Source: Bacilli bacterium
Lineage (GTDB): Bacteria; Bacillota_I; Bacilli_A; RF39; UBA660
Assembly (NCBI GenBank): GCA_045541255.1
Contig: JAZQIU010000006.1
Coordinates: 43,663-107,662 of the forward strand
Reading direction: 5' to 3'
DNA: 64,000 bases
Positions within the stretch are counted from its first letter, which is position 1; each line of letters starts with the position of its first letter. Shown one piece after another: positions 28,549-38,131 of the stretch. The notes under the pieces were generated by a model. That model was given only the letters and a program-made list of their open reading frames with translations. It had not been told where the DNA came from and did no database searches. A program made the position numbers and the translations under genes.

Positions 28549-31500
28549 ATGTTTAAAGAATTATTTGAGTATAAGAATAATTTAACAGTGTCAGGATTGA
28601 GTAATACATTAATTAATGAATATATTTTAAATTTTTATGAAAATAATGAAAATGATTTATTAATTGTTGCTGATTCTTTATATGATGCTAATAAGATTTA
28701 TAAAAGTATACATAAGATATGCAAAGATGTATACTTTTTTCCAATGGATGAATTTGCTACAGTTTTAGCTATATCAAGTTCTCCAGATTTAAAAATAATT
28801 CGTATTGATACTTTGAATCAATTAAAAAAGAAGAAAAATATTGTTGTTACTAATTTAAGTGGATATTTAAAATATATAGATAAAAAGATAGATAACTTAA
28901 AAGTTGATTTTAATACTAAAAGAGAAGATTTATTAAAATTTTTGAGTGATAATTCATATGTAAAAACAAATTTAGTTACTACTACAGGAGAATATGCGGT
29001 TAGAAACTTTATAATTGATTTATATCCTTTAAATTATGAAAACCCTATAAGAATTGAGTTTTTTGGTAGCGATATTGAATTAATTAGATTTTTTGATAGT
29101 GAAACACAAATATCTAATAAAAGTATAGATTGTTTTGAACTATATAGTTTTAATGATAAAGTTAGTGAAAATAAAGAGAATATTATAAACAAATTGAATA
29201 ATCCTTTTGTATTCTTTGTTGATTATAAAAAAATACAGAAGTCTTATAATGATTTTCAAGGTTCTAAAAATGAATTTGAAATAACTATAGATAATAATAT
29301 TTTTAATGACTTTGAAAATATTGATGTGGAAAAAAAAATATTTATTAACACTTTAGATGATGTACCAGTTTTAAAGGACATAAAAAAATATCAATCTATG
29401 GGAGTTATAAATTTTAATAATAGTTTTGATAAATTGGAACAATATGTTAGAAATATCATAGATGATAAAATAGTAGTATTTATGTTAACTAATGAAAATT
29501 TAATTAATAAGCTAATAAGTATTTTTGGTAATGAAATATCTTTTAATACTATTTTAAAAGGTAGAGTTAATATAATAAAGAAGGATATTGATGAAGGTTT
29601 TATTTTTGATGATTTAGTAGTTATATCTCAATATGATATTGAAAATATTAAGAAACAATCTATATTTATAAATAAATATAATATTGGTAGAAAAATAAAA
29701 GGCTTTGAAGATTTAAAAAAAGGTGACTATGTAGTACATGTTATACATGGAATTGGGCAATATCAAGGTCTTGTAACATTAGAAAAGAATAAGATAAAAA
29801 AAGATTATTTATTAATTAATTATGCTGGTAATGATAAAGTATATATTCCAGCACAAAAAATAGAAACTATTTATAAATATAGTGATGGAGATTCTAATGT
29901 TCCTACTTTAAATAGTTTAAGTAGTTCTAATTGGCAAAAAACTAAGGCTAGGGTTAGAACTAAGATTAAAGATATTTCTAATGAATTGATAAAATTATAT
30001 GCTGAGAGAGAATTAGTAAGTGTTGAAAAGTATTTAAATTTTCCTGAAGAATTAATATTTGCAAATGATTTTGAATATGATGAAACGCCTGATCAAATAA
30101 AGTGTATTAATGAAATTTATAAAGATTTAGAAAGTAATAAACCTATGGATAGGTTGTTATGTGGAGATGTTGGTTTTGGTAAAACTGAAGTAGCTATGAG
30201 AGCTATGTTTAAAACAGCAATTAATAATAGACAGGTTGCTTATTTATGTCCTACAACTATCTTGGCCAAACAACAATATGAAAATTGTATTAAAAGATTT
30301 AGACATTTTCCTGTTAACATAGAATTATTAAATAGATTTACGTCAGTTAAAGATTTTTCAAGAATAAAAGAAGGTTTAAAAAAAGGAACTATAGATATTG
30401 TTATTGGTACGCATAAAGTATTAAATAAAGAAATAGAGTTTAAAAATTTAGGTTTACTTGTTATTGATGAAGAACAAAGATTTGGAGTATCTCAAAAAGA
30501 AAAAATAAAGCAAATGAAGAATAATGTAAATGTATTGACATTATCAGCGACACCAATACCAAGAACTTTAAAACTTGCTATGAGTGGTGTTAAGGATATG
30601 TCAATTATTGATACCGCTCCTATTAATAGATATCCAGTTCAAACTTATGTTGTACCCGAAAATGATTATCTTTTAAAAGAAGCAATATATAAAGAATTGT
30701 CAAGAGATGGTCAAGTATATATTTTAAATAATAATATTGAAGCATTAGATAATGAATATACCAAAATAATACAATTAGTACCTGATGCAAAAGTTTGTAT
30801 TGCACATGGTAGAATGGATAAAGATAAACTTAATGAAGTAATTAATGATTTTGTTGAAGGTAAATATAATGTTTTACTTTGTACAACTATTATTGAAACT
30901 GGAATAGATATACCTAATGTAAATACTTTGATTATTAAAAATGCTGATAGATTTGGACTTAGTCAACTATATCAAATTCGCGGTAGAGTTGGTCGAAGCG
31001 ACAAAATTGCTTACGCTTATATGATGTATGAGAAAAATAAAATGTTGAATGATATTGCTGTTAAAAGATTGCAAACTATTAGAGATTTTACTGAATTAGG
31101 TAGCGGTTATAAAATAGCTATGAGAGATCTTTCAATTAGAGGAGCAGGGGAATTATTAGGGAGTACTCAGTCTGGTTTTATAAGTTCTATTGGAATTGAT
31201 TTATATATGGATATGGTTAATGAAGAGATAAATAGGATAAAAGGAATTGAAGTTGAAGAAAAAGAAATTGATGAAAAAACTTTATTAGATGTTAATACTT
31301 CTATTTCAACAGATTATGTAGATGACGAATCTTTACGAATTGAAATACATAAGTTAATTAATGAGATATATTCTAAGGAATCTTTCGAAAAAGTTAAAAA
31401 CGAAATAGAAGATAGATTTGGTAAGGTTAATGATGATATTGTAAATTATATGTATGAAGAATGGTTTCAAAAAGAAGCTAAGAGTCTAAATATAGATAAT

Positions 31501-31731
31501 ATTAAGTATATTGGAAATAATGTAGAAATAGAGTTTCCTGAAGAGGTTTCTAATAATATAGATGGAGAAAAATTATTTTTACAAATATACAGTATTAATT
31601 CTAAATTTAAATTAAAATATTTTAATAAAAAGATTATTATTTCTTTAAATATTGTAAATAGAAATGGAGATTATGTAAAAGATTTATTAGATTTAATTTT
31701 ATTAATAAAATCCTGTATAAAAGAAGGATAA
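28549..31731 (+). CDS. mfd: Transcription-repair coupling factor Mfd.
   Basis: 1060 aa; SF2 helicase motifs (DVGFGKTEVAMRA; DEEQRFG); UvrB-homology N-terminus; pth–mfd order. Confidence 0.9.
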   Translation: MFKELFEYKNNLTVSGLSNTLINEYILNFYENNENDLLIVADSLYDANKIYKSIHKICKDVYFFPMDEFATVLAISSSPDLKIIRIDTLNQLKKKKNIVVTNLSGYLKYIDKKIDNLKVDFNTKREDLLKFLSDNSYVKTNLVTTTGEYAVRNFIIDLYPLNYENPIRIEFFGSDIELIRFFDSETQISNKSIDCFELYSFNDKVSENKENIINKLNNPFVFFVDYKKIQKSYNDFQGSKNEFEITIDNNIFNDFENIDVEKKIFINTLDDVPVLKDIKKYQSMGVINFNNSFDKLEQYVRNIIDDKIVVFMLTNENLINKLISIFGNEISFNTILKGRVNIIKKDIDEGFIFDDLVVISQYDIENIKKQSIFINKYNIGRKIKGFEDLKKGDYVVHVIHGIGQYQGLVTLEKNKIKKDYLLINYAGNDKVYIPAQKIETIYKYSDGDSNVPTLNSLSSSNWQKTKARVRTKIKDISNELIKLYAERELVSVEKYLNFPEELIFANDFEYDETPDQIKCINEIYKDLESNKPMDRLLCGDVGFGKTEVAMRAMFKTAINNRQVAYLCPTTILAKQQYENCIKRFRHFPVNIELLNRFTSVKDFSRIKEGLKKGTIDIVIGTHKVLNKEIEFKNLGLLVIDEEQRFGVSQKEKIKQMKNNVNVLTLSATPIPRTLKLAMSGVKDMSIIDTAPINRYPVQTYVVPENDYLLKEAIYKELSRDGQVYILNNNIEALDNEYTKIIQLVPDAKVCIAHGRMDKDKLNEVINDFVEGKYNVLLCTTIIETGIDIPNVNTLIIKNADRFGLSQLYQIRGRVGRSDKIAYAYMMYEKNKMLNDIAVKRLQTIRDFTELGSGYKIAMRDLSIRGAGELLGSTQSGFISSIGIDLYMDMVNEEINRIKGIEVEEKEIDEKTLLDVNTSISTDYVDDESLRIEIHKLINEIYSKESFEKVKNEIEDRFGKVNDDIVNYMYEEWFQKEAKSLNIDNIKYIGNNVEIEFPEEVSNNIDGEKLFLQIYSINSKFKLKYFNKKIIISLNIVNRNGDYVKDLLDLILLIKSCIKEG

Positions 31732-31760
31732 AAAATCATACTAATATTGGTGAAATCTTC

Positions 31761-32234
31761 ATGAATAATAATTTATTTAAGAAAAGAATTGATGAGTTAG
31801 GAAGAATTGTAATTCCTAAACAAATACGAAATACTTTTAAAATAAAAAATTTTGATGAATTAGAAATGTTCGTTGATAAAGATAGTATTATATTGAAAAA
31901 AAGTATTGGTATTGAAATGTATAAAGAAAAGTTAGAAAGATTGTTATTGTTTATAAAAAAATATGTTGATTTTGATATTTTAATTACTGAAAAACAAAAA
32001 GTTATAGTTTCTACAAAACAAGAAATCAAGAGTAATGATGAAATAGTTATAGAAAATATTGAGGGAAATATCAGTATAGTAGTAAAAGATAATGATAAGT
32101 ATAATGTTTCTTTTTTGCCAATAATAATTGATAGTAATAATATTGGAGAACTTTATTTTATAAATCAAGATAAAAGTTTAGATGATAATATTCAAAAACA
32201 AATTAGAGAACTAATTATTAATTTAATAAATTAG
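31761..32234 (+). CDS. spoVT: AbrB/SpoVT-family transcriptional regulator (SpoVT-like; N-terminal swapped-hairpin domain plus a C-terminal domain).
   Basis: N-terminus IDELGRIVIPKQIRNTFKI resembles AbrB/SpoVT (VDELGRVVIPIELRRTL). Sits after mfd as spoVT does in Bacillus and Clostridium. Confidence 0.6.
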   Translation: MNNNLFKKRIDELGRIVIPKQIRNTFKIKNFDELEMFVDKDSIILKKSIGIEMYKEKLERLLLFIKKYVDFDILITEKQKVIVSTKQEIKSNDEIVIENIEGNISIVVKDNDKYNVSFLPIIIDSNNIGELYFINQDKSLDDNIQKQIRELIINLIN

Positions 32235-32258
32235 CATAGAAATATGCTTTTTTTTGTT
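32233..32258 (+). terminator. spoVT-like gene terminator.
   Basis: agcata-gaaa-tatgct followed by TTTTTTTT. Confidence 0.5.
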
Positions 32259-32285
32259 ATATAATTTTTTGTGGAAGTGATATAT

Positions 32286-33035
32286 ATGTTAACAGATACT
32301 CATTGTCATATTTATAAAGAATATTATGAAGATATAGATAATTTGATGGTAGAAATAGAAAAAAGTGGAGTTAATCGTGTTATAAATAATGCTTGTAGTT
32401 ATGAAAGTTGTTTAGAGGTATTAGAATTATCTGCTAAGTATAATAATATGTATTGTGTTTTGGGATTACATCCTGGTGAGAATTTAGATGAAATAGATAA
32501 AGTTTTAGAATTATTAAATGAAAATCTTTATAATGATAAAGTTATTGGAGTAGGAGAAATTGGTTTAGATTATTTTTATACTAAGGAAAATAAAGATGAT
32601 CAAATTGCTGTTTTAAAAAGACAGTTGGAATTTGCAGAAAAAAATAATTTACCTGTTGTTATTCATAGTAGAGAAGCGACTGGAGATATGTTAGAAATAT
32701 TGAAACATTATAAAATAAAAGGTGTTATTCATTGTTTTAATGGTAGTGTAGAAGTTGCTAGAGAATATATAAAAATAGGATATAAGTTAGGAATAAATGG
32801 AGTTGTAACTTTTAAAAATTGCAAGTTAATTGATGTTATAAAAGAAATAGGTGTTGATGAATTGGTTTATGAAACTGATAGTCCTTATTTAACGCCGGTT
32901 CCATTTAGAAGTCTTAAGAATGATCCTAGTTATACTAATTATGTTGTTGATTATATTGCTGAAAATATGAGTATTAATAGAGAAAAATTGGTTGAAATTA
33001 GCAATAGAAATATACATGATATTTTTGACATCTAG
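32286..33035 (+). CDS. tatD: TatD-family metal-dependent DNase (YabD); ATG at 32286 (track ORF starts at GTG 32271).
   Basis: N-terminal DTHCHI; internal EIGLDY; RBS GGAAGTGA. Confidence 0.8.
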   Translation: MLTDTHCHIYKEYYEDIDNLMVEIEKSGVNRVINNACSYESCLEVLELSAKYNNMYCVLGLHPGENLDEIDKVLELLNENLYNDKVIGVGEIGLDYFYTKENKDDQIAVLKRQLEFAEKNNLPVVIHSREATGDMLEILKHYKIKGVIHCFNGSVEVAREYIKIGYKLGINGVVTFKNCKLIDVIKEIGVDELVYETDSPYLTPVPFRSLKNDPSYTNYVVDYIAENMSINREKLVEISNRNIHDIFDI

Positions 33036-33077
33036 TTTTATACATGATATATTATAAGTATTAATGAAGGTGATATT

Positions 33078-33608
33078 TTGAAATATATCAGTAGAGTTTT
33101 TAAAATATTAGTTATTATAATAGCTATATTTGGTATAAGTAAAATAAATGTTGAAAAAGACAATGGTGTAGTATTTAATGACAACAATAATAAAGTTTTA
33201 GATTTAACTGCTATGGCTGTTAAGATGGAAGAAATTAGAATGCAAGATTTGTATTATCCATTAGATACTTATGTAGGGGATTTAACTGGTTATGTTGCTG
33301 ATTGTCCTTTATGTGGAGGTACTTTAGGTTGTACTGGGCAAAATGTTTTGACAAATAGAATTACAACTTATGAAGATAAAGATTATGGTAAAGTTGATAT
33401 TATGGCATCTTCTACTAGTCTAAAGTGCGGTTCTATTGTTCAATTTAATTTAAATGGAGAAAAAAGAACTGCAATTGTTCTTGATAGAGGTGTAACTGGG
33501 ACTAATTTAGATTTATTAGTAAGTAGCGAGGATGAAGCTTATTCAATAGGTAGAAGAAATATAACTTATGATGTTTTAAGATTTGGATGGTCAAGAAGCA
33601 ATTCATGA
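33078..33608 (+). CDS. Secreted or membrane-anchored protein, possibly a 3D/RlpA-like domain protein (occupies the B. subtilis yabE position).
   Basis: N-terminal signal-anchor; Cys-rich motif CPLCGGTLGCTG; positional analogy only. Confidence 0.3.
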   Translation: MKYISRVFKILVIIIAIFGISKINVEKDNGVVFNDNNNKVLDLTAMAVKMEEIRMQDLYYPLDTYVGDLTGYVADCPLCGGTLGCTGQNVLTNRITTYEDKDYGKVDIMASSTSLKCGSIVQFNLNGEKRTAIVLDRGVTGTNLDLLVSSEDEAYSIGRRNITYDVLRFGWSRSNS

Positions 33609-33624
33609 TTTTTTAGGGGACTTT

Positions 33625-34398
33625 ATGGAAAAACATAATTTTAAGAAAAAATATGGACAAAACTTTTTAAAGAATGATGCTATTTTAGTTAAAATAGTAT
33701 CTTCTTTTGAATGTGATAAAACTTCAAAAATAATTGAAGTTGGTCCAGGTGATGGCGCGTTAACAAAGCAATTGGTAAAAAAAGAAGTACCTGTTTTTTC
33801 TTTTGAAATAGATGAATCTTTAAAACAATATTTAGATAAAATTGATGCTTCTAATTTAAATGTAATTTATGGCGATTTCTTAGCGGTAAGTTTAAAAGAA
33901 TATTTTAGTGAAAAAGATAAATTATTTGTTATTGCAAACATTCCATATTACATTACAACTCCTATTATTACTAAGTTTATAGAAGAAAAATATATTCCAG
34001 AAGTAATGGTTTTGATGGTACAAAAAGAGGTTGCAGAACGTTTAAGCGCTAAACCAAAAACATCTACTTATGGTGCAATAACTGCAATACTTAATTATTA
34101 CTTTGATATAGAATATTTATTTACAGTGGGTAGAAAAGAGTTTTATCCAGTACCAAATGTAGATAGCGCAATAATAAGATTAGTTAGGAAAAAGTATACG
34201 ATAGATTGTGATTTTGAAAAATATAAAAAATTAGTTAATGATGCATTTAAACAAAAGCGTAAGAATTTAAAGAATAATTTAAAAAATTATAATATTATTA
34301 AAATAGAAGAAATACTAAAAAAATATAATTTTAATCTGAGTAATAGGGCAGAAGAATTAGGTTTTGAAGTTTTTGTAGAAATTTGTAATAATTTATAA
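33625..34398 (+). CDS. rsmA: 16S rRNA (adenine1518/1519-N6)-dimethyltransferase RsmA/KsgA (start moved to MEKHNF...).
   Basis: KKYGQNFLKN N-terminal signature; NIPY motif (ANIPYYITTPI); RBS AGGGGA. Confidence 0.85.
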   Translation: MEKHNFKKKYGQNFLKNDAILVKIVSSFECDKTSKIIEVGPGDGALTKQLVKKEVPVFSFEIDESLKQYLDKIDASNLNVIYGDFLAVSLKEYFSEKDKLFVIANIPYYITTPIITKFIEEKYIPEVMVLMVQKEVAERLSAKPKTSTYGAITAILNYYFDIEYLFTVGRKEFYPVPNVDSAIIRLVRKKYTIDCDFEKYKKLVNDAFKQKRKNLKNNLKNYNIIKIEEILKKYNFNLSNRAEELGFEVFVEICNNL

Positions 34399-34418
34399 TA
34401 GTTATTGAGGTGGTTAAA

Positions 34419-35582
34419 ATGGTTGAAAAAGAAATAAGTGAAATATTAAGTCAATTTGATATAGATGGTGTTTTAATTAATACTCCATCTAGTAAGAATA
34501 ATGGAAATATAAATAAAACATTTGTTGCAACATATGAGATGGCTGATGGGGCAATAAAACATTTTATATTTCAAAAAATAAATACTACTGTATTTAAAGA
34601 ACCATATAAATTGATGCAAAACATAAAGAATGTTACTGAGTGGATAGAAAAAAAAGCAAATTTTTCAGGAGATGAAACTCATCCTTGTTTAAGAGTTATT
34701 CCTACTAAAAATCACAAATTGTTGGCAACATTACCTGATGAAAATGGAGAAAAACAATATTATAGGGCTTATAATTGTATTGAAAATTCAATCTCTTATG
34801 ATGTTTCTACAGATAAAAATGTTATTTATAATGCCGGAAAAGCTTTTGGGCATTTTCAAAAAATGTTGTTTGATTTTCCAATAGATAATTTAGAAGAAAC
34901 TATTGCTGATTTTCATAATACTCCTAAAAGATATGTAAATTTTTTGAAGGATGTTCAATTAGATGTTTGTGATAGAGTAGAGGAAGTTGCTAATGAAATT
35001 GTCTTTGTTTTAAAAAATGCATGGTGCGCTTCAATTATTACTAGTTTAATGGAAAAGGGTAGTATACCAGTAAGAGTAACACATAATGATACTAAAGTTA
35101 ATAATGTTATGTTACATGAAGAAACTGGAGAGTATTTAACTGTAATTGATTTAGATACAGTTATGTTAGGTAGTTCTTTATATGATTTTGGTGATGGTGT
35201 AAGAAGTGCGTGCGCAAATGCACTAGAAGATGAGACAGATTTAAGTAAAGTATTTTTAAGATTAGATTTGTTTGAAGCTTATACAGATGGATATTTAAGC
35301 GAAATGGCTCCTTACTTAACAGAAGATGAAGTATGTAATATGGCAGAATCTATAGAAGTTATCACATTTGAATTAGGTTTAAGATTTTTAAATGATTACA
35401 TTAATGGTGATACATATTTTAAAACTAATTATGATAAACATAATTTGGATAGAGCTCGAAATCAATTTAAATTATTAAGTGATATACAATATAAGAGAAA
35501 TCATATTGATAATTATATAATGAAAAAGTATAAAGAATATAAAGATAAAGATGTTCCTAAAAAATTAGAATTAAAACCATAA
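34419..35582 (+). CDS. Protein-kinase-like (APH/choline-kinase family) phosphotransferase.
   Basis: Brenner motif HNDTKVNNVML (HxDxxxxN) and the metal-binding IDLDTV; RBS GAGGTGG. Confidence 0.55.
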   Translation: MVEKEISEILSQFDIDGVLINTPSSKNNGNINKTFVATYEMADGAIKHFIFQKINTTVFKEPYKLMQNIKNVTEWIEKKANFSGDETHPCLRVIPTKNHKLLATLPDENGEKQYYRAYNCIENSISYDVSTDKNVIYNAGKAFGHFQKMLFDFPIDNLEETIADFHNTPKRYVNFLKDVQLDVCDRVEEVANEIVFVLKNAWCASIITSLMEKGSIPVRVTHNDTKVNNVMLHEETGEYLTVIDLDTVMLGSSLYDFGDGVRSACANALEDETDLSKVFLRLDLFEAYTDGYLSEMAPYLTEDEVCNMAESIEVITFELGLRFLNDYINGDTYFKTNYDKHNLDRARNQFKLLSDIQYKRNHIDNYIMKKYKEYKDKDVPKKLELKP

Positions 35583-35634
35583 GATAAAATGTTATATTTT
35601 GTCTTTTTTTTTATATAATTAATTGGTGATATAT

Positions 35635-36408
35635 TTGGAATTACAAATTGGTGATTATGTTAGTAGAAATAGTTATAATAATGATACTATTTTTAAAATA
35701 GTTGATATAAAAAATGATGTTGCTATTTTAAAAGGTGTTGATATACGTTTATTTGCAGATAGCGAGATAAATGATTTAGTTAAATGTGATTATGAAAATA
35801 AAGATGAAGAATTAATTGATTCTATTATGATTAGGGAAGATTTGGATAGAAGTGAATATTTTTATTTACCTGCCAAAGTACTTCATATAGATGGAGATAA
35901 AGATTACTTAAACAGATGTTTAGAGTTTTATAAAAAAGCTAATATTTTAGCTGTTGGTGAACATATAAAAGAAGCTGAATTATATAATGCAGTTCCTAAA
36001 TTGTTACGAAAATATAAACCTGATATAATGATTATTACAGGGCACGACTCTATTAATAAATCAAAAGATATTAAGGATATAAATAATTATAAAAATTCTA
36101 AGAATTTTGTTAAGGCTGTTTTTCAAGCTAGAGATTACGAAAAAAGTCATGAAAAATTAGTTGTTATTGCTGGAGCTTGTCAAAGTGATTACGAAGCTTT
36201 AATTAAAGCTGGAGCTAATTTTGCATCTAGTCCTAAAAGAATTAATATTCATGCATTAGATCCAGCAATAATTGCAGTTAATTTAGCTTTAACAGAAAAA
36301 GGGACAGAAATTGACTTGTTAAATCTTTTGGATAAAACTAAATATGGAAAAGATGGTATTGGAGGTCTTAAATCAACAGGTATGATGTATGTAGGTTATC
36401 CTAGATAA
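35635..36408 (+). CDS. yabG: Sporulation-specific protease YabG homolog (TTG start).
   Basis: N-terminus LELQIGDYVSRNSY...ILKGVDIRLFADSEINDLV aligns with B. subtilis YabG (MQFQIGDMVARKSY...ILHGDEVRLIADSDFSDLV). Confidence 0.7.
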   Translation: MELQIGDYVSRNSYNNDTIFKIVDIKNDVAILKGVDIRLFADSEINDLVKCDYENKDEELIDSIMIREDLDRSEYFYLPAKVLHIDGDKDYLNRCLEFYKKANILAVGEHIKEAELYNAVPKLLRKYKPDIMIITGHDSINKSKDIKDINNYKNSKNFVKAVFQARDYEKSHEKLVVIAGACQSDYEALIKAGANFASSPKRINIHALDPAIIAVNLALTEKGTEIDLLNLLDKTKYGKDGIGGLKSTGMMYVGYPR

Positions 36409-36483
36409 AGTATTGATTTTCTAAATATTTTGGTATAAAATGGAATTAGAGTTTGGATAAACTTGAAAGGAGTGCATGTTAAT

Positions 36484-36741
36484 ATGAAAATAACATCTGT
36501 AAATGTGAAAAAAGTTGAAAAAGAAGGCTCTAGAATGAAAGGAAAGGCATCTATATTATTAGATGATTCATTTGCTGTTCATGATATTAGAATTATTGAA
36601 GGAGATAATGGTTTATTTATAGCAATGCCAAGTAGAAAAACTGCTACTGGTGAATATAAAGATATTGCTCATCCAATTAATTCTGATGCAAGAAAAATGT
36701 TTGAAGATGCTATAATTGAAGCATATAATAACGCTGAATAA
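36484..36741 (+). CDS. spoVG: Septation/sporulation protein SpoVG.
   Basis: MKITSVNVKKV...ASILLDDSFAVHDIRIIEGDNGLFIAMPSRKTATGEYKDIAHPINS closely matches B. subtilis SpoVG. RBS AAAGGAG. Confidence 0.85.
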   Translation: MKITSVNVKKVEKEGSRMKGKASILLDDSFAVHDIRIIEGDNGLFIAMPSRKTATGEYKDIAHPINSDARKMFEDAIIEAYNNAE

Positions 36742-36815
36742 TGACTTTTAACCACGTATGTGGTTTTTTTTGTTATTAAATTTATTATTTTTTATATATT
36801 TAATTAGGTGATATT

Positions 36816-37103
36816 ATGGAAAACAATTTTGATAGTAATGTAATTAGTCATAGTGTTAAAGTGTTAGAAAGAAGTAATATATTTATAAGTGGCACTAAAA
36901 AAGTTCATAACTTTAATGAAAATGAATTTTTAATTAGTACTGTTATGGGAAATATTAACATAAAAGGTAGTGGTTTGGAGCTAATAAAACTAGATACTAA
37001 TGATGGGAATATATGTATAAAGGGAAAAATAAATAGTGTTGTTTATTTAGAAGGCTTAGACGGAGAAAAAGAAAATAGTTTCTTTAGTAAATTATTTAAA
37101 TGA
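36816..37103 (+). CDS. yabP: Sporulation protein YabP.
   Basis: ENEFLISTVMGNINIKG...VVYLEGL...SFFSKLFK matches the YabP family, including the identical C-terminal FFSKLFK. Confidence 0.75.
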   Translation: MENNFDSNVISHSVKVLERSNIFISGTKKVHNFNENEFLISTVMGNINIKGSGLELIKLDTNDGNICIKGKINSVVYLEGLDGEKENSFFSKLFK

Positions 37104-37321
37104 TAATACTCGGGAATATAGTTTTAACTTTTTTATATTGGGTTTTATTATTCTTATTTTTGAAGAATTTATCTTTAAATTTTTTTATAAAGGTATTATT
37201 TTTAATTTTGTTTTTTATAGGATATATAGTTATTTATTATTTTTTGTATGATGGATGTTTTAATTTTTATAATTATCTAATTATAATTTTTACATTTATT
37301 TACATATTTATTTATAAATAA
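37100..37321 (+). CDS. Small membrane protein in the YabQ position (spore cortex protein YabQ-like).
   Basis: 73 aa, two TM helices, translationally coupled to yabP (ATGA overlap); positional inference only. Confidence 0.35.
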   Translation: MIILGNIVLTFLYWVLLFLFLKNLSLNFFIKVLFLILFFIGYIVIYYFLYDGCFNFYNYLIIIFTFIYIFIYK

Positions 37322-37355
37322 AATTCAATTTTTTGTATTTTGTGGTATTATAATT

Positions 37356-37667
37356 ATGGTGGATAATATGAAGAAAGTTAATAAGGGTGCAAAAAGAAGA
37401 TTATTATGTTTATTTAGTATCTTTATTTTGTTATTGTCATACGTTTCATATTCTTCTTTTAATTATTGGAAACAAATTCTTGAAAATAAGAAAGAACAAA
37501 GAGAGTTAGAAGAAAAATATGAAAAATTATTAAACGATAAAGATATATTAGAGGAAGATGTTGTTAAGTTACAAGATCCAGAGTATGTTGCTAAATATGC
37601 CAGAGAAAAATATCTTTATAGTAAAGATGGAGAGCTTATTATAAAAATCATTGATGAAAATGATTAA
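37356..37667 (+). CDS. divIC: Septum formation initiator (DivIC/FtsB family).
   Basis: Single N-terminal TM then a coiled coil (QILENKKEQRELEEKYEKLLNDKDILEEDVVKLQDPEYV...); conserved yabP–yabQ–divIC order. Confidence 0.55.
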   Translation: MVDNMKKVNKGAKRRLLCLFSIFILLLSYVSYSSFNYWKQILENKKEQRELEEKYEKLLNDKDILEEDVVKLQDPEYVAKYAREKYLYSKDGELIIKIIDEND

Positions 37668-37690
37668 ATATGATATATTATCAACTACTT

Positions 37691-38049
37691 GGGGTCGTAA
37701 TGGTTTCGACAGAATATATTTCTATTTAATTGCAAGTGGATTGATAAGCCTAACTTATCAAACAGTTTAAATTAACTGACAACAAATTTAATACAAACGC
37801 TTTAGCATTTGCCTAATTTGGCATTAAAGCACTTTAATTATTCTCTCTTATAGGTTTAATTAGGGTTCATATATGTAAGATATAGCAAACTACTTTGTTT
37901 AGAGTAGTTTGCTGAATAATTTATAAACTATATTAATAAATAGATTGTTAGACTCTTTTTTATTAATGAATATTTAGTTCTAACTAAACTTGTAGATATT
38001 AAATAAGAAAGTATTTTGGACGTGAGTTCAATTCTCACCGGCTCCACCA
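37691..38049 (+). ncRNA. ssrA: tmRNA (SsrA), one-piece, 359 nt.
   Basis: 5' GGGGUCGUAAUGGUUUCGACAG (tRNA-like acceptor/D-analog); 3' GGACGUGAGUUCAAUUCUCACCGGCUCCACCA (T-arm plus CCA); internal tag ORF ...GAC AAC AAA UUU AAU ACA AAC GCU UUA GCA UUU GCC UAA (…DNKFNTNALAFA*). Confidence 0.85.
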
Positions 38050-38063
38050 TTATTGAAAAAATT

Positions 38064-38093
38064 GCAAACTAATATTAGTTTGTTTTTTATTAA
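38064..38093 (+). terminator. ssrA terminator.
   Basis: gcaaacta-atat-tagtttg followed by TTTTTTATT. Confidence 0.5.
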
Positions 38094-38131
38094 AAAAATA
38101 TTAATGTTATAATATATTTAGAGGTGTTTTT

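Noticed and set aside
35594-35602. T9/A9 homopolymers (35594-35602 upstream of yabG; 41417-41425; 51775-51783 upstream of the YfhO-family gene) as possible phase-variation tracts.
   Set aside because: Poly-A/T runs of 8-9 are common by chance in a genome of this composition. Unlike the C9 tract, they do not sit within a defined -35/-10 spacer.
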